64,000 nucleotides of DNA from Rickettsia typhi (GCA_945901265.1 CAMDJZ010000005.1:856-64855); one strand, 5' to 3'; counted from the stretch's first letter, positions 42,145 to 51,485 are shown. The notes: generated by a model from the sequence alone, not told the origin. A program made the numbers and translations.

Positions 42145-42948
42145 ATGTTTAACAATGTCTTATTTATAGGTTGCGGAAATATGGGATCTATTTTGCTTGG
42201 TAAATTTATTGCCAACAATTCTTTTTCACATCAACAAATTCGAGTTGTTAAACCTAGCTTGAATAATCAAATTCAAGGAATTTCATATCATCAAAATTTT
42301 TCACAATTACCGAATAATTATAAAGCTGATATTATTTTTATCTGCATTAAACCCCAAAATTCTGAGATAATTTTAAAGGAATTATCTCAAACAAAAATAT
42401 TTGATGAAGATACTATTTTTGTTTCAACTTTAGCTGGTAAAAAAATTAATTTTTTTCTAAAAATATTTTCTAAAAAAACAAAAATTATTCGTATAATGCC
42501 AAATATTTTGATCCATGAAGATCAAGGCATAATCCCATATTATAACTCCAAAACAATTTCTATAAATGAAGATCGTTTTTTTCAAAATCTTTTTAAAAAT
42601 TTTGCCATATATTTTGCAATTAGTGATGAAAAATCATTTCATATTTTTACGGCAATTTTTGCATCTGGCCCAGCCTATATCTTTCTTATCGCAGAAATTT
42701 TAGTAAATATTGCCACTACTCAAAAAATTGAAAATAATTTGGCAATTAATCTCGTTCAAAAACTTATTTACGGCAGTGCATTATCTCTCAATGGCTCAAA
42801 TAATTTTAAAAATTTACGTGACAAGGTTACAAGTCCAAAAGGAACAACCGCATCGGCCATTGACCGTTTAACTAAAAATAACTCACTACATAAATTACTG
42901 CAAAATGCAATTTCACAGGCAGTTAAAACATCAAAAAAATTATCATAA
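42145..42948 (+). CDS. proC: Pyrroline-5-carboxylate reductase
   Basis: The IGCGNMGS Rossmann N-terminus, RIMPN and the [12 protein letters not shown] motif. Confidence 0.88.
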   Translation: MFNNVLFIGCGNMGSILLGKFIANNSFSHQQIRVVKPSLNNQIQGISYHQNFSQLPNNYKADIIFICIKPQNSEIILKELSQTKIFDEDTIFVSTLAGKKINFFLKIFSKKTKIIRIMPNILIHEDQGIIPYYNSKTISINEDRFFQNLFKNFAIYFAISDEKSFHIFTAIFASGPAYIFLIAEILVNIATTQKIENNLAINLVQKLIYGSALSLNGSNNFKNLRDKVTSPKGTTASAIDRLTKNNSLHKLLQNAISQAVKTSKKLS

Positions 42949-42974
42949 ATTTACAAATCTATCTCCACAAACTT

Positions 42975-43412
42975 ATGGAAAATATAACTGAAATTATTAA
43001 AATTTATACTGATGGAGCATGTTCTGGAAATCCCGGAAAAGGTGGATGGGGAGCAGTCTTGCTTTACAAAGATCATAAAAAAGAAATTAGTGGAGCAAAT
43101 AAAGATACCACAAATAATCGCATGGAATTAACTGCAGTTATCGAGTCTTTAAAAAATGTTAAAAAAACACTTCCGGTTGATATTTATACTGATTCAAAAT
43201 ATGTAATGGATGGAATCACCAAATGGATTATTTCATGGAAAAAAAATGGCTGGCGAACTGCAGATCGAAAACCAGTTAAGAATAGCGATCTTTGGCAAGA
43301 GCTGGATATTGAATGTCAAAAACATAAAATATCATGGCATTGGGTTAAAGGTCATTCTGGAAATCACTATAACGAATTAGCCGATCAATTAGCTAGAAAA
43401 GCAATTAAATAA
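42975..43412 (+). CDS. rnhA: Ribonuclease HI
   Basis: [43 protein letters not shown] and NELADQLA motifs. Confidence 0.94.
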   Translation: MENITEIIKIYTDGACSGNPGKGGWGAVLLYKDHKKEISGANKDTTNNRMELTAVIESLKNVKKTLPVDIYTDSKYVMDGITKWIISWKKNGWRTADRKPVKNSDLWQELDIECQKHKISWHWVKGHSGNHYNELADQLARKAIK

Positions 43413-43452
43413 TTCATGATATAATTTTTAGAACAGAATTTGAAATTTAATT

Positions 43453-45606
43453 TTAGATAAGATTAATTTTTGATAAATCACCAACTTTAGAGAATAAAAG
43501 ACGAATTCTGGATAATAATAATAATCTATTCTCGCGAAGATTTTTATCTTCATCATTAATCGTAACATTATCAAAAAAGTTTTTTAATGGAACTTCCAGT
43601 AAATGAAGCAATGAAAAGGCTTTATTAAATTCTGCCTTGGAAATTAATTTATTAAATTCTACTGAAATTTGCTTAATACACAAATTTAATGCTTTTTCAT
43701 ATTGGCTTTTTAAACTTAGAAGCGAGGGCTTTCCAATAAATTTACAATCATCTTTTTTTTCTTCAATAATTAAAATATTTACCGATCTCTTAAAAAGATT
43801 AATAATATTTTTACTCGATTCCAAAGAGATAAATTCATTTAGAAAGTTAATTTTTTTTCTTAAATAAATAAAATCAACAAGCCTATTGCCCTCTAGATCT
43901 TCAAGATATTCATCAATAACAACATTCAATACATCTGACCTAATCGACTCCTGATCTTTTAAATAAATCCTAAACCTTTCAACAAAAAAAATTACAATTT
44001 CTTCAATTAATTTTTTCTTATTTTTATAAAAATTTATTTCTTCACTTTGTAAAAATCTTTTTTGTAATTTTAATGGATAATTACTTAATGATTTTTCAAT
44101 TAAAATTCTAATTGGCAAAGCTAAATCATATTTAATAGCAATGCGAATTATACCAAGAACACTGCGACGCAGTGCATATGGATCTTTGGAGCTAGTTGGC
44201 TTTTCATTAATTAGAAAAAATCCAACTACTGAATCTATTTTATCAGCCAATGCGAGACAAATTCCAAGTGAAGTTTGTGGAAGCTGTGAGTTGGAATTTG
44301 GCAGATAATGTTCATAAATTGCCATAGCAATTTTGCTATCATATCCTTGCTTTAGAGCGTAAAAACTGCCAATTTTTCCTTGTAGGTCAGGAAGTTCAGC
44401 TACAGCCTTTGTTGTTAAATCTGTTTTACACAAATCAGCAATTTTATCAATTAAGGAGATATCACAATGCGGAATAAAAACAGCAATAAATTTAGCTAAT
44501 GTTTTTAATCTTTGAGTTTTTTCATATATGCTACCCAGATCTTGTTGAAAAATTATTTTATTAAGTTGCAAAATTCGATTTGAAAGTGGAATTTTAAGAT
44601 CTTCTTCAATAAAAAATTCAACATCACTTAACCTCGCCCTGACTAGTTTCTCATTATCACTAATTATTTTATTGTAAAAAGTTTCATCACTTTTTTTGTT
44701 GACCGCAAATACAAAAATATCGCTAAGCGATCCATCAATATTTCGACAACAAAAATATCTTTGATTATTTTCTAATGTTAAAATTAACGCCTCATCAGGT
44801 AAATCTAAAAAACGTTTATCTATCTTTCCAATCAATATCACAGGCATTTCGACTAATCCAACAACCTCATTCATCAGCGAACTACTCTCATTATCAATAA
44901 CCAAGTCAATATTATGTTTATTTTTAATATTTTTAATTTGATCCAATATAATCTCTTTTCTTTTATTAAAATCTATTATTACGTAATTATTTTCAAGAAT
45001 TTGTTTATAATAAGCTGCCTTGTCAATATAAAGCGGTTGATCAAGATTTTGATTCGTAAATGTATGACCATTACTTATCAAACCAGCAAAATTAAATTCT
45101 ATAACATATTCATCTAAAATTGATAAAATATTGCGAATAGGTCTAATCCACTTTGATTGCAATTCAAGATTATCTTGATTATAGCGCATTAATTTTGGCC
45201 AGGTATTTTGCATTTTTTGCAAAATTATCGGTAATGAATTTTTAATTATTTCTGAAGTTTTAATTTCAACCTCAGCAACATCAAAAAAGTAATAGCCATC
45301 TGCTTGGAGGATCTGATCAAAATTATCGAGACCGAGTGATTTAACAAAGCCACTAATCGCTTTTTCAGGAGAATTAACTTTTGGACCAATTTTTTTTTGA
45401 CTAGGTGAAAGTTGGGTTGGAGATATATTGCTAAGCATAAATCCTATGCGACAAGGTCCTACAAAGCAGTTAAGTTGATTTTCATCAAATTTAAGGTGAT
45501 TTCTTTGCAATTGATCGCAGGCAATTTTAAATAAATTTTCTTGTGCAATTTTTTGCATCGTCGCAGGAATTTCTTCGCTAAAAATTTCTAAAATAAAATC
45601 AGCCAT
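43453..45606 (-). CDS. glyS: Glycine--tRNA ligase beta subunit
   Basis: 717 aa. The LEIFSEEIPA N-terminus and the DPYALRR motif. No glyQ is adjacent. Confidence 0.9.
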   Translation of the reverse strand: MADFILEIFSEEIPATMQKIAQENLFKIACDQLQRNHLKFDENQLNCFVGPCRIGFMLSNISPTQLSPSQKKIGPKVNSPEKAISGFVKSLGLDNFDQILQADGYYFFDVAEVEIKTSEIIKNSLPIILQKMQNTWPKLMRYNQDNLELQSKWIRPIRNILSILDEYVIEFNFAGLISNGHTFTNQNLDQPLYIDKAAYYKQILENNYVIIDFNKRKEIILDQIKNIKNKHNIDLVIDNESSSLMNEVVGLVEMPVILIGKIDKRFLDLPDEALILTLENNQRYFCCRNIDGSLSDIFVFAVNKKSDETFYNKIISDNEKLVRARLSDVEFFIEEDLKIPLSNRILQLNKIIFQQDLGSIYEKTQRLKTLAKFIAVFIPHCDISLIDKIADLCKTDLTTKAVAELPDLQGKIGSFYALKQGYDSKIAMAIYEHYLPNSNSQLPQTSLGICLALADKIDSVVGFFLINEKPTSSKDPYALRRSVLGIIRIAIKYDLALPIRILIEKSLSNYPLKLQKRFLQSEEINFYKNKKKLIEEIVIFFVERFRIYLKDQESIRSDVLNVVIDEYLEDLEGNRLVDFIYLRKKINFLNEFISLESSKNIINLFKRSVNILIIEEKKDDCKFIGKPSLLSLKSQYEKALNLCIKQISVEFNKLISKAEFNKAFSLLHLLEVPLKNFFDNVTINDEDKNLRENRLLLLSRIRLLFSKVGDLSKINLI

Positions 45607-45616
45607 AATTTTTTAA

Positions 45617-46906
45617 TTAAAATTTAGTTTCTTCAACGCGAATAAATTTAAAATCTTTAATTTGCGAAGAGTCTATATTTGCAATATTTTTAGATAGTTT
45701 TTCTTCAGAAATTTGATTTGTTATTAATGCGCATGTAAAATTATTTTCATCAATTTTTTTATAAATTATTTTTTCAATTTCAAAAATATTATCAAAGTAT
45801 TTTTTGATAAAATTTTTTTCATTTGCATGATCTTTTGAAATGATGAAACTAATAAAATATTTACCAATTCTTGAAGAAAGATCAACTGTTTTTACGGTTT
45901 TTAAATCCGCAAGTTTAGCATTAAAAAGTAAATTATTTTCTCGATTACTAGCAATGTCAATCAAATCAGCAACTACAGCTGAACCAGTTGTTAGATCACC
46001 TGCCCCGCGCCCCACCATCATATTAAATTCACAATTACTGCCAAGGGTTAATATTGCATTATATGAACCATCTATTTGGGCTATTTTTTCATTTTTTGAA
46101 ATCAATGCCGGATATACACTTTGCTGAATATTATTGCCATTATTTTTAAATATTCCTAATAATTTTATTTTGTAACCCAACTCGTATGCAATTTCTAAAT
46201 CTTGAATTGATAAACTATTAATTCCTTCGATATGAATATCCTTAAAATTTGGTAATGTTGCGAAAGCTAGGCTCGAAATTATAGCAATTTTATGCGCAGT
46301 ATCAATTCCTTCAACATCAAAAGTAGGATCAGCTTCAGCAAAACCTAATTGTTGGGCTTCCTTGAGGATTGCGGAATAATCACGCTTTTCTTCAAGCATT
46401 TTTGTTAGAATAAAATTACATGTGCCATTTAAAATCCCATAAACTTCTTTTATTACATTAGCACTAAAACCTTCTCGAAAAGCCTTAATTATTGGATTAG
46501 CACCTGCAACCGAAGCTTCATATAAAATCACTCCTTGAAATTTTTCCTGAGCCAAAGCTAATTCAGCGCCATGTTCTGCAAGCAATGCTTTATTTGCAGT
46601 TACAACTTTTTTAGAATTTTTTAAAGATCGTAAAATTAAATCCTTAGCAATATCAACTCCACCAATCAATTCAACTATTACATCGACATTTTCATCGTCA
46701 GCCATATCTAGCGGATTAGTATAAAATTTGATTTTCTTATCGATAAAATCCTTGTTACTTCTTGAGCTAACAGCTGTAACTTCAATTTCACAATTAGATC
46801 TACTTTCGATAAGTTGACGATCTTTCTGTAAAATTTGATAAACACCACGACCAACAGTTCCTAGACCTGCTATCCCTACTCTTAATTTTTTAAGCGAATT
46901 ATTCAT
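45617..46906 (-). CDS. hom: Homoserine dehydrogenase
   Basis: GLGTVGRGV, VVTANKALLA, GILNGTCNFIL and a C-terminal ACT-like region. Confidence 0.92.
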   Translation of the reverse strand: MNNSLKKLRVGIAGLGTVGRGVYQILQKDRQLIESRSNCEIEVTAVSSRSNKDFIDKKIKFYTNPLDMADDENVDVIVELIGGVDIAKDLILRSLKNSKKVVTANKALLAEHGAELALAQEKFQGVILYEASVAGANPIIKAFREGFSANVIKEVYGILNGTCNFILTKMLEEKRDYSAILKEAQQLGFAEADPTFDVEGIDTAHKIAIISSLAFATLPNFKDIHIEGINSLSIQDLEIAYELGYKIKLLGIFKNNGNNIQQSVYPALISKNEKIAQIDGSYNAILTLGSNCEFNMMVGRGAGDLTTGSAVVADLIDIASNRENNLLFNAKLADLKTVKTVDLSSRIGKYFISFIISKDHANEKNFIKKYFDNIFEIEKIIYKKIDENNFTCALITNQISEEKLSKNIANIDSSQIKDFKFIRVEETKF

Positions 46907-47002
46907 TGTTAATTTGTAAATTAATTTTATAATTTTTAAAAAGTTTTATTCAGTTAATTCTATATAAATTTTTTAACTTTAATAAATATTTGTAATTTTT
47001 AA

Positions 47003-47031
47003 TTGACCTAAACTCAAGAGTTTTTTATAAA
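47003..47031 (+). promoter_or_regulatory. Candidate sigma70-like promoter upstream of ileS (TTGACC-N17-TATAAA)
   Basis: Hexamers and 17-nt spacing read directly, about 80 nt upstream of the ileS ATG in the hom/ileS divergent spacer. Confidence 0.25.
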
Positions 47032-47108
47032 TTATTATTTTAATATATATCATAAATTTAAAAAAAAACTTTTAAATATAACAATCTTTTTAACCAATTT
47101 TTTGGTAA

Positions 47109-50100
47109 ATGAACAAAAAAAATAATTATCCACAGCCCAATCAAAACTTTAACTTTTCTAAGATGGAAGAGGAAATTTTGCAATTTTGGAATGATCAAAA
47201 AATATTTGAAAAATCTGTCGAAATACGCAACTTTTCCAATATATTAGATGAAGATAATACCTCGCCAATCATTGATAGTTGCGCCTTAAAAGACCATACG
47301 AATTGTCGCAATCACCAAAATAATCAAAGAAATGAATTTGTGTTTTATGATGGCCCTCCATTTGCTAACGGACTTCCGCATTACGGTCATCTTCTTACGG
47401 GTTTTATAAAAGATTTAGTTGCTCGCTATCAAACTATGAAAGGTAAAAAAGTTGAACGTCGTTTCGGCTGGGATACTCATGGCTTACCAGTAGAAATGGA
47501 GACTGAAAAAGAATTAACTAAGCTCGAAGGAAAATCAATATCTGGACAAATTGCCATTCAAGAATATGGGATAAAAAAATTCAATGATGCTTGTCAAAAA
47601 TCAGTAATGAAATACGCAGGTGATTGGGAAAATTATGTCACTCGTCAAGGGCGTTTCGTGGATTTTAAAAATAGTTACAAGACCATGGATCTAAACTATA
47701 TGGAATCGGTTTTATGGGCATTTAAAGAACTTCACAATAAAGGTTTGCTTTATGAAGATTTTCGTGTCGTACCATATTCCTGGGCGTGTCAAACTCCGCT
47801 TTCAAATTTTGAAACGCAAATGGATAATTCGTATAGAAAGAAAGCGAGCAAAGCGGTAACTGTTTTTTTTACTTTAAAAGAAATACCAATCCATATCACT
47901 GCAGTTAAGCATACCATTGAGGAGTTAAAATTAGCTGGGCATGAAGTTAAATTTTTTAAGTTGTTAGCATGGACAACCACCCCATGGACATTACCCTCAA
48001 ATCTCGCCTTGGCAGTAAATCAAGATATTTCCGGATATCAGATGTATTTTGATTTAGAAACTGAGTCTTTAGTTATAATGGTTTGTTCAAACACTATTAA
48101 TCAATCTGGTTACACAAGTTTTAGATTAGATGTTCTTTATCCCAAAAGATTCATTAGTTCAATTCCCCTTTCCTCCAAGGATTTAGATGTTGTAATTCCG
48201 GATCTCAAGTCAGATCAACTATTCTCTTCCCATTCCTCCAAGGAAATTGAAGAACTAGGATCTTCTCATGCAATGAATTGTATTTCAGGAAAAGAGTTGT
48301 TAGGTTTAAAATATACTCCACTTTTTCCTTATCTCGCCAATCACGAAAAAATAAAAAATAATCCTAAAGCATTCACTATTCTTCAAGGCGATTTTGTTAC
48401 AGCGGATCAAGGAACTGGAATTGTTCACATCGCCCCAGGATTTGGCGAAGACGATCAATTACTATGTAAAGCCAATGGTATTCCAACTCTTTGTCCGGTA
48501 GATGCAGGTGGAAAATTTACAAACGAAATTTTTGATATTAAATTTAATCAATCTATAAACCCCTCTTTCTTTGAACAAGAGGACTCTAAAACCCCCTCTT
48601 TCTTTCAGGGAGAGAACTCTAAAACCTCCTCTCCCTTCCAGGGAGAGAACTCTAAAACCTCCTCTCCCTTCCAGGGAGAGGGTTGGGGTGAGGGTAAAAA
48701 TCTTACTCACTTAGCCAAAAATCTTCGTAAAAACGACACTGATTTAGAAAATAAACTTTGGCAAGCAATAAGAAATCGTCAAATTACTAATCAAAAATTC
48801 CGTCGTCAACATCAAATCGATAATTACATTGTTGATTTTGTATGTTTAGAAAAAAATTTAATTATCGAATTAGATGGATCGCAACATGGATCTACTGAGA
48901 ATATTGAGCATGATAAATCAAGAACAAAAAATTTAGAAAAACAGGGATATAAAGTTTTAAGATTTTGGAATAACGAAATATTTGAAAATTTTAATGGAGT
49001 GCTAGACAAAATATGGTTAAGTTTGCAAAATGACCCTCACCCTACCCTATCCCTGGAAGGGAGAGGGAATGATCGAGATCAATTGAACGAAGGGAATGAT
49101 CGATATCAATTCATAGGAGATATTGATAATTATAACTCTTCAAAAAATGACAAAAAAGACCAAAATGAATTTGAAATTTTATCATTAAAAAATCGCCAAG
49201 TGTTCGACACTAATGACGACATAATTCGCTATCTCAAAACCAATAATAATTGGCTAAAAACTGATCAATATCTCCATAATTATCCACATTGCTGGAGAAC
49301 AGACACTCCGCTAATCTACAAAGCCGTTAGTTCATGGTATGTTAAGGTTACAGCTTTCAAAGATCGTATGGTTGAATTAAATCAACAAATAAATTGGATT
49401 CCAAACCACATTAAGGATGGACAATTCGGTAAATGGCTTGAAGGTGCAAGAGATTGGTCAATCACCCGCAACCGCTTCTGGGGTTGTCCCGTACCAGTTT
49501 GGAAAAGCAAGTCAGGCAAAATAAAAGTCTTTGGCTCGATTGCTGAACTTGAAAAAATTTCTGGCCAAAAAATTAACAATTTACATCGTCCTTTTATTGA
49601 TGAAATTGTTTTTACTGAAGATGGCGAAGAATTTCGTCGGGTTAGCGATGTCCTTGATTGTTGGTTTGAAAGCGGATCAATGCCTTATGCGCAAGTTCAT
49701 TATCCTTTCGAAAATAAAGAATGGTTTGAAGAAAATTTTCCGGCCGATTTTATTACCGAATATGTTGCGCAAACGCGAGGATGGTTTTATACTTTAATGG
49801 TTTTATCGACCGCATTATTTGATCGCGCACCTTTTAAAAATGTCATTTGTCATGGAACAATTTTAGATGAAAAATCTCAAAAACTTTCTAAGCGCCTGCA
49901 AAATTATCCCGATCCTTTGCAAATTTTTCAATCAGTTGGCAGTGACGCGATGCGTTTTTACATGATCTCACAACCAGTTATGCGTGGACAAGAATTAAAA
50001 ATCGATAGGGAAGGAAAGGCTATACAAGATAGTTTTCGTATTTCAATCAAGCCATTAATTAACGCTTACAATTTCTTTTGTCTTTACGCCAATGCTGATA

Positions 50101-50447
50101 AAATTTGTGCCAAAAGAATTGAATTAAAAAATGAATTTAAAAATATTTTAGATCGCTATATTTTGGCAAAATTAAAAAGTTCTATAAATGCTATAGATAA
50201 GGCGATGCAGAATTATGATACTGTTTTAGCTTGTGAAGAATTTAATAATTTTTTCGAAGTTTTAAATAATTGGTACATTAGAAGAAATCGTCAAAGATTT
50301 TGGAAAAGCGAAATTGATCAAGACAAGCAAGATGCTTATAATGTACTTTACACTGTTTTGACCTTGATGTGCGAAACATCTGCTCCACTCTTGCCTTTTA
50401 CTACCGAATTTATTTGGAGAAATTTGACGTTAGCAGTAGATAATTAA
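47109..50447 (+). CDS. ileS: Isoleucine--tRNA ligase, type 2 (eukaryote-like), with an in-frame foreign insertion and no C-terminal domain
   Basis: FYDGPPFANGLPHYGH (HIGH), WTTTPWTLPSN, GTGIVHIAPGFGEDD (editing), YPHCWRTDTPLIY, WFESGSMPY and KLSKR (KMSKS). About 216 codons at 48537-49184 are foreign (see the mobile_element entry). The ORF stops 10 aa after the PFTTEFIW helix. Confidence 0.9.
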   Translation: MNKKNNYPQPNQNFNFSKMEEEILQFWNDQKIFEKSVEIRNFSNILDEDNTSPIIDSCALKDHTNCRNHQNNQRNEFVFYDGPPFANGLPHYGHLLTGFIKDLVARYQTMKGKKVERRFGWDTHGLPVEMETEKELTKLEGKSISGQIAIQEYGIKKFNDACQKSVMKYAGDWENYVTRQGRFVDFKNSYKTMDLNYMESVLWAFKELHNKGLLYEDFRVVPYSWACQTPLSNFETQMDNSYRKKASKAVTVFFTLKEIPIHITAVKHTIEELKLAGHEVKFFKLLAWTTTPWTLPSNLALAVNQDISGYQMYFDLETESLVIMVCSNTINQSGYTSFRLDVLYPKRFISSIPLSSKDLDVVIPDLKSDQLFSSHSSKEIEELGSSHAMNCISGKELLGLKYTPLFPYLANHEKIKNNPKAFTILQGDFVTADQGTGIVHIAPGFGEDDQLLCKANGIPTLCPVDAGGKFTNEIFDIKFNQSINPSFFEQEDSKTPSFFQGENSKTSSPFQGENSKTSSPFQGEGWGEGKNLTHLAKNLRKNDTDLENKLWQAIRNRQITNQKFRRQHQIDNYIVDFVCLEKNLIIELDGSQHGSTENIEHDKSRTKNLEKQGYKVLRFWNNEIFENFNGVLDKIWLSLQNDPHPTLSLEGRGNDRDQLNEGNDRYQFIGDIDNYNSSKNDKKDQNEFEILSLKNRQVFDTNDDIIRYLKTNNNWLKTDQYLHNYPHCWRTDTPLIYKAVSSWYVKVTAFKDRMVELNQQINWIPNHIKDGQFGKWLEGARDWSITRNRFWGCPVPVWKSKSGKIKVFGSIAELEKISGQKINNLHRPFIDEIVFTEDGEEFRRVSDVLDCWFESGSMPYAQVHYPFENKEWFEENFPADFITEYVAQTRGWFYTLMVLSTALFDRAPFKNVICHGTILDEKSQKLSKRLQNYPDPLQIFQSVGSDAMRFYMISQPVMRGQELKIDREGKAIQDSFRISIKPLINAYNFFCLYANADKICAKRIELKNEFKNILDRYILAKLKSSINAIDKAMQNYDTVLACEEFNNFFEVLNNWYIRRNRQRFWKSEIDQDKQDAYNVLYTVLTLMCETSAPLLPFTTEFIWRNLTLAVDN
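48560..48695 (+). repeat. Four tandem ~33-bp units, each carrying a short palindrome (CTCTCCCT-TCC-AGGGAGAG), inside ileS
   Basis: Units at about 48560-48591, 48592-48624, 48625-48657 and 48658-48695. They translate in frame as PSFFEQEDSKT / PSFFQGENSKTS / SPFQGENSKTS / SPFQGEGWGEG. The patch is locally GC-rich in an AT-rich gene. Confidence 0.9.
48661..49066 (+). mobile_element. Inverted-repeat-bounded DUF559 (Vsr-like PD-(D/E)xK) endonuclease cassette fused in frame within ileS
   Basis: Left IR is 48661-48695 (CCTCTCCCTTCCAGGGAGAGGGTTGGGGTGAGGGT). Right IR is 49033-49066 (ACCCTCACCCTACCCTATCCCTGGAAGGGAGAGG), about 31/35 reverse-complement identity. Between them lies LRKNDTDLENKLWQAIRNRQITNQKFRRQHQIDNYIVDFVCLEKNLIIELDGSQHGS...DKSRTKNLEKQGYKVLRFWNNEIF, which matches the DUF559 pattern. 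Confidence 0.75.
49065..49118 (+). repeat. Imperfect 27-bp tandem duplication abutting the right inverted repeat (GGGAATGATCGAGATCAATT... / GGGAATGATCGATATCAATT...)
   Basis: Read directly. The first 20 nt differ at one position. Translated in frame as NDRDQLNEG / NDRYQFIGD. Confidence 0.8.
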
Positions 50448-50543
50448 TAAATTCTTTTATTTATCATCAATAAATTAAAATATGAATTATTTTATTTTAT
50501 TGATATAATTATTCTTTAATAATTTAAAAAATTTGGTCTCAAA

Positions 50544-51485
50544 TTAATCAGCTAAAAATTTTTCAACTTCCAATGCTGCCATGCATCCGGTACCAGCAGC
50601 GGTAATTGCTTGACGATAAATTTTATCTTGAATATCTCCAGCTGCAAAAATCCCAGGAATGTTTGTTGCTGTAGAGTTAGGCTTGGTAATTAAATAACCT
50701 TCATTATCAATTTCTAAACCGGTATTTTTGAAAATATCGGAATTTGGTTTATGGCCAATTGCGATGAAAATTCCATCAATTTTCATTTCAGAAATTTTTC
50801 CATCAACAGTATTTTTTAATTTAGCATGAGTAACTGATTTTGGATTTTCGTTACCAATTACTTCGTGCAACTCATTATTCCAAATAACTTCAATTTTAGG
50901 ATTTTTGAAAAGACGATCTTGCAGAATTTTTTCACCGCGAAATTTATCACGACGGTGAATTATATAAACTTTACTGGCGTGGTTGGTTAAATAAAGAGCT
51001 TCTTCAATTGCACTATTTCCACCACCAATCACCATTACTTCCTTATTCTTGAAAAAAAATCCATCACAAGTTGCACATCCCGAAACTCCGTAACCTTGAA
51101 ATTTTTTTTCTGATTCAAGTCCAAGCCATCTCGCTTGCGCACCTGTGCAAATTATTACCGCTTGCGCTTGATATTCATCACCAGATTCACCCTTAAGAAT
51201 AAATGGTTTTTTAGAAAAATCGACTTGCGAAATATGATCGTAAATTATTTTAGTTCCAACGTGAGTAGCTTGTTTTTCCATTTGTTCCATTAGCCATGGA
51301 CCTTGAATCGCCTCGCCAAATCCTGGATAATTTTCAACTTCAGTAGTGATTGTTAATTGTCCACCCGGTTGATTGCCATTTACCATAATTGGCTCAAGAT
51401 TAGCTCGTGCACAATAAATCGCTGCAGAATATCCTGCTGGGCCAGAACCAATTATTAATACTTTAGTTTTGTGAAGGTTGGACAT
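50544..51485 (-). CDS. trxB: Thioredoxin-disulfide reductase
   Basis: IIGSGPAGYSAA, the redox-active CATCDG and the GGGNSAIEEA motif. Confidence 0.95.
   Translation of the reverse strand: MSNLHKTKVLIIGSGPAGYSAAIYCARANLEPIMVNGNQPGGQLTITTEVENYPGFGEAIQGPWLMEQMEKQATHVGTKIIYDHISQVDFSKKPFILKGESGDEYQAQAVIICTGAQARWLGLESEKKFQGYGVSGCATCDGFFFKNKEVMVIGGGNSAIEEALYLTNHASKVYIIHRRDKFRGEKILQDRLFKNPKIEVIWNNELHEVIGNENPKSVTHAKLKNTVDGKISEMKIDGIFIAIGHKPNSDIFKNTGLEIDNEGYLITKPNSTATNIPGIFAAGDIQDKIYRQAITAAGTGCMAALEVEKFLAD

Noticed and set aside
47230-48300. Additional shorter lineage-specific insertions in ileS: about 28 aa before FYDGPP, and an extended segment between WTTTPWTLP and LKYTPLFPY
   Set aside because: They are AT-rich like the host and have no repeats or inverted repeats beyond 5 bp. 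They resemble the ordinary low-complexity expansions also seen in carA and queF here, so I did not treat them as mobile DNA.
48560-48695. CRISPR array
   Set aside because: The 33-bp units are directly adjacent with no spacers. They lie inside a coding frame, and no cas genes are in the window.
48462-48710. 82-aa minus-strand ORF (TLSLEGRGGFRVLSLEGRGG...)
   Set aside because: It is the reverse-strand reading of the palindromic tandem repeats inside ileS. It is open only because the repeats are palindromic and GC-rich, so it is not an independent gene.
48661-49184. Intein hypothesis for the ileS insertion
   Set aside because: There is no Cys/Ser/Thr nucleophile at a plausible N-junction and no terminal His-Asn followed by Cys/Ser/Thr. 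No HINT or LAGLIDADG-like blocks are present. The only HN in the area (LHNYPHCW) is part of conserved IleRS sequence. The domain is DUF559/Vsr-like, not an intein.
47125-49288. Perfect DnaA boxes TTATCCACA at 47125-47133 and 49280-49288
   Set aside because: Both lie inside the ileS coding sequence (codons NYPQ and NYPHC), far apart and not clustered. By my rough composition-based estimate, about one such 9-mer is expected by chance in 64 kb on two strands.
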